The notes beneath the pieces were generated by a model, which saw only the letters and a list, made by a program, of their open reading frames with translations, had not been told where the DNA came from and did no database searches. From Leucoraja erinacea (lineage: Eukaryota), in contig NC_073384.1 in NCBI RefSeq assembly GCF_028641065.1, positions 41,850,001-41,914,000 of the forward strand: DNA of 64,000 nt, in the 5' to 3' direction. This document shows, piece by piece, positions 61,901-64,000 of this stretch. A program made the translations under genes and the position numbers. Every line of letters starts with the position of its first letter. The first letter of the stretch is position 1.

Positions 61901-63480
61901 ATGAGACTTGAGTTGAAGCATATCATCCACTTGATGTGGGAATTCGAGTTCACTGTCAAACTACCTCGCTGTCAGAGTCTCCACGAATAATCCTCAAAAC
62001 ACCCCTCCTCAGAGTGGAGATATCATAATGCAACCCTGAACCAGGTATTGCTGCCGCAGACCTCCGACTGCAATTACCTATCTCGGTCGCCAGTGTGCGC
62101 AACACATTCCCTTCGACCTAGCCTCTCAATCAGGCCTACAGATGATATCCTCAATGGATGTTGAGGCAATACCTTCCTGCCCAATATTGTCCTTTTGAAA
62201 TGTCCTAGACATTTTGCCGTTTTGGCATGGCTTACCCTGAACTTGGGTCGCCAAACTGCTCCCTTACGGAGCTTTTGCTTTTTGTTATCTATCTATCTAT
62301 CTATCTATCTATTTATCTATCTATTTATCTTTATTTATTTATTTATTTATTACTTTTACAACACAAACCTGCAAGTCAGGTAAAAATGCTACATGCCAGT
62401 TCGGCTTTTACTGGTTTACCTATCCCCGAGAGGATGGGAAATGATGTTTCAGCATGCTGGCAACTCCTTTTAGCCGAGCTGAAATAATTTAGCATGTGTT
62501 GAGGGAATCCTCAAAGTCCCTGCCTCTGAGCAGATATCCTCAAATATCTGAGTTTAAATGCCTCTATCAATGAAATACACCTTCCTCACTCGTGTGGGCA
62601 GCCTGATAACCTCAATCATAGATGTTGAGGCAGTGTTTCACTGGCCAATATGATCCATTTGGACTGCCAGTTTCAAGTTGGTCTACCCTGAATCAGGGTA
62701 GACAAGCTGCTCCTTCTTGAAGCTTTCACTGAGGTTTCTGTGCAGGCCACCCTGCCAGCGTCTCTGAGCCTGGTTCCAACAAGCTGCTCCATTTAGAAAC
62801 TTTCAGCGGTTGCTGTGCAGGCCACCCTGCCAGCCTCTCTTTGCCCGGGTCGCCAACCTGCTCTTTTCTAGAGCCAGTGGAAAGTATTAGACAGACTATG
62901 CTGCCAGTATTTCCGAGCCCGTGTTGCCAGGCTGCTCCATTTCGGAACTTCCACGGAGGTTAGTAAGCAGACCTTACCTGCCAGTGTCTCTGAGCCCGGG
63001 TCGACCTCCTTATCGGAGCTTCAGCGATGTTCCTTTTGCAGGCCGTGCCTGTCCACATCTTCGACCCACGCTTGCCAAACTGCTCCCTTTTGGAGCTTTA
63101 AACGGACATTGCTGTGGAGCTTACTGTTCAGGTCGCGCCTGCCAGTTACTCCGAGCCTGGTGCGACAGGCTGCTCCTTCGGAGCCTTGGTGGAGCTTACT
63201 GTTCAGGTCGCGCCTGCAAATTTACTCCGAGGCCGGCCGCCTGCTCCCTTCCGGAGCCTCAACAGCGGTAGCTGTACAGGTCGTGCCTATCAGCCTCTCC
63301 AAGTCCGCTGCCTCTATTTTTGTAGCCAGCGGGTCGTTCCTGCAAAGAAAAACAGCTTACCTGCCTGGGCATTTTTGAATGCCTCCGAATCCCGCGCCAT
63401 GCGATGACGTATTGACGCACATGAGGGCTGGCGGGTTCTTCACATAGTCTCATCACGAGACTTCCATATAAAATTCCAAA
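58941..63480 (-). mobile_element. DIRS1-type tyrosine-recombinase retrotransposon with both termini and ICR; coding regions decayed; RNase H apparently deleted
   Basis: ITRs 63411-63452 / ~58998-59039; ICR 59156-59267; RT remnants HFKMD...SIDLEDAYFSI and ITYLGFVINS; YR remnants VGFHPLL..MEGVF..PRY..W.V, LKLVMLMTLISGRRVQS, TISRW..AGV...FKSPSTRAA. Confidence 0.93.
62287..62352. repeat. (ATCT)n/(ATTT)n microsatellite inside the DIRS element
   Basis: atctatctatct...atttattt. Confidence 0.9.
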
Positions 63481-64000
63481 TGTTTCCTATAATTTGCTTA
63501 GAAATTAATTGCTGTGCCCAATGTAATTAGTAAATGGTTCTGTACAGTTATTTTTGTTGATTTTTTTTACAATTAAGTTAGGCACTGGGGGTGGAATACA
63601 GGGTCTGATTAAAATAATTCATCTTTTTATGATGAACATATTGTCCACTGTCTAATAAAAACTGCAGATGGTTATTTGAAATACATCAAAGAATGCTTTC
63701 CCTTTTTTTTTGTAAAAATGGAATTGAAAATGCTGCCTAATTGTGCTAGTTCATGCCAGATTTAATGTCTGCTGCGAAGCAAATAATTTTTGAGAGTTCT
63801 GAGTAAACAAAAAACAAACCTTAAATTCTTCGGCAGTTGGATGGAGAGAAGTTGTATTTCCCAGGATGATGTTCAGAACCAGGGGTCAGTGTGTTAATGT
63901 AATGCCTCAGCCATTTAGGACTGACGAATGGATAAATGTTTTCACCCAGAGAGAAGTAAATCTTTAGATTTCTCCAACCGATTGATCTTATAAACGTGTA

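Overview
Repeat-dense vertebrate genomic DNA. The repeat families (HE1-type tRNA-derived V-SINEs with CR1 tails, CR1 LINEs, Neptune-type Penelope elements, DIRS, Tx1, Rex/Babar) point to a cartilaginous fish, probably a skate or ray; this is an inference, not a database result. I could not recognise any host protein-coding gene. The window reads as intron or intergenic DNA, with a CpG-richer left edge and a few + strand exon-like segments of unknown identity. Nearly all ORFs in the track are chance or transposon-derived. The main observations are: (1) a ~100-140 bp Penelope-terminus-derived unit carrying a minimal hammerhead-ribozyme core (CTGAAGA-AGGGTCTCGACCC-GAAA-C-GTC), about 25-30 copies by manual count, as solo, tandem and fold-back copies; (2) a decayed DIRS1-type tyrosine-recombinase retrotransposon at 58941-63480 that retains its inverted termini and an internal complementary region spelling its circle junction; (3) two young Penelope RT copies that stop at nearly the same internal position; (4) a ~225 bp MITE and several hairpins. 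Coordinates of degraded repeats are approximate (about 10-20 bp). Only representative SINE/LINE copies are listed.
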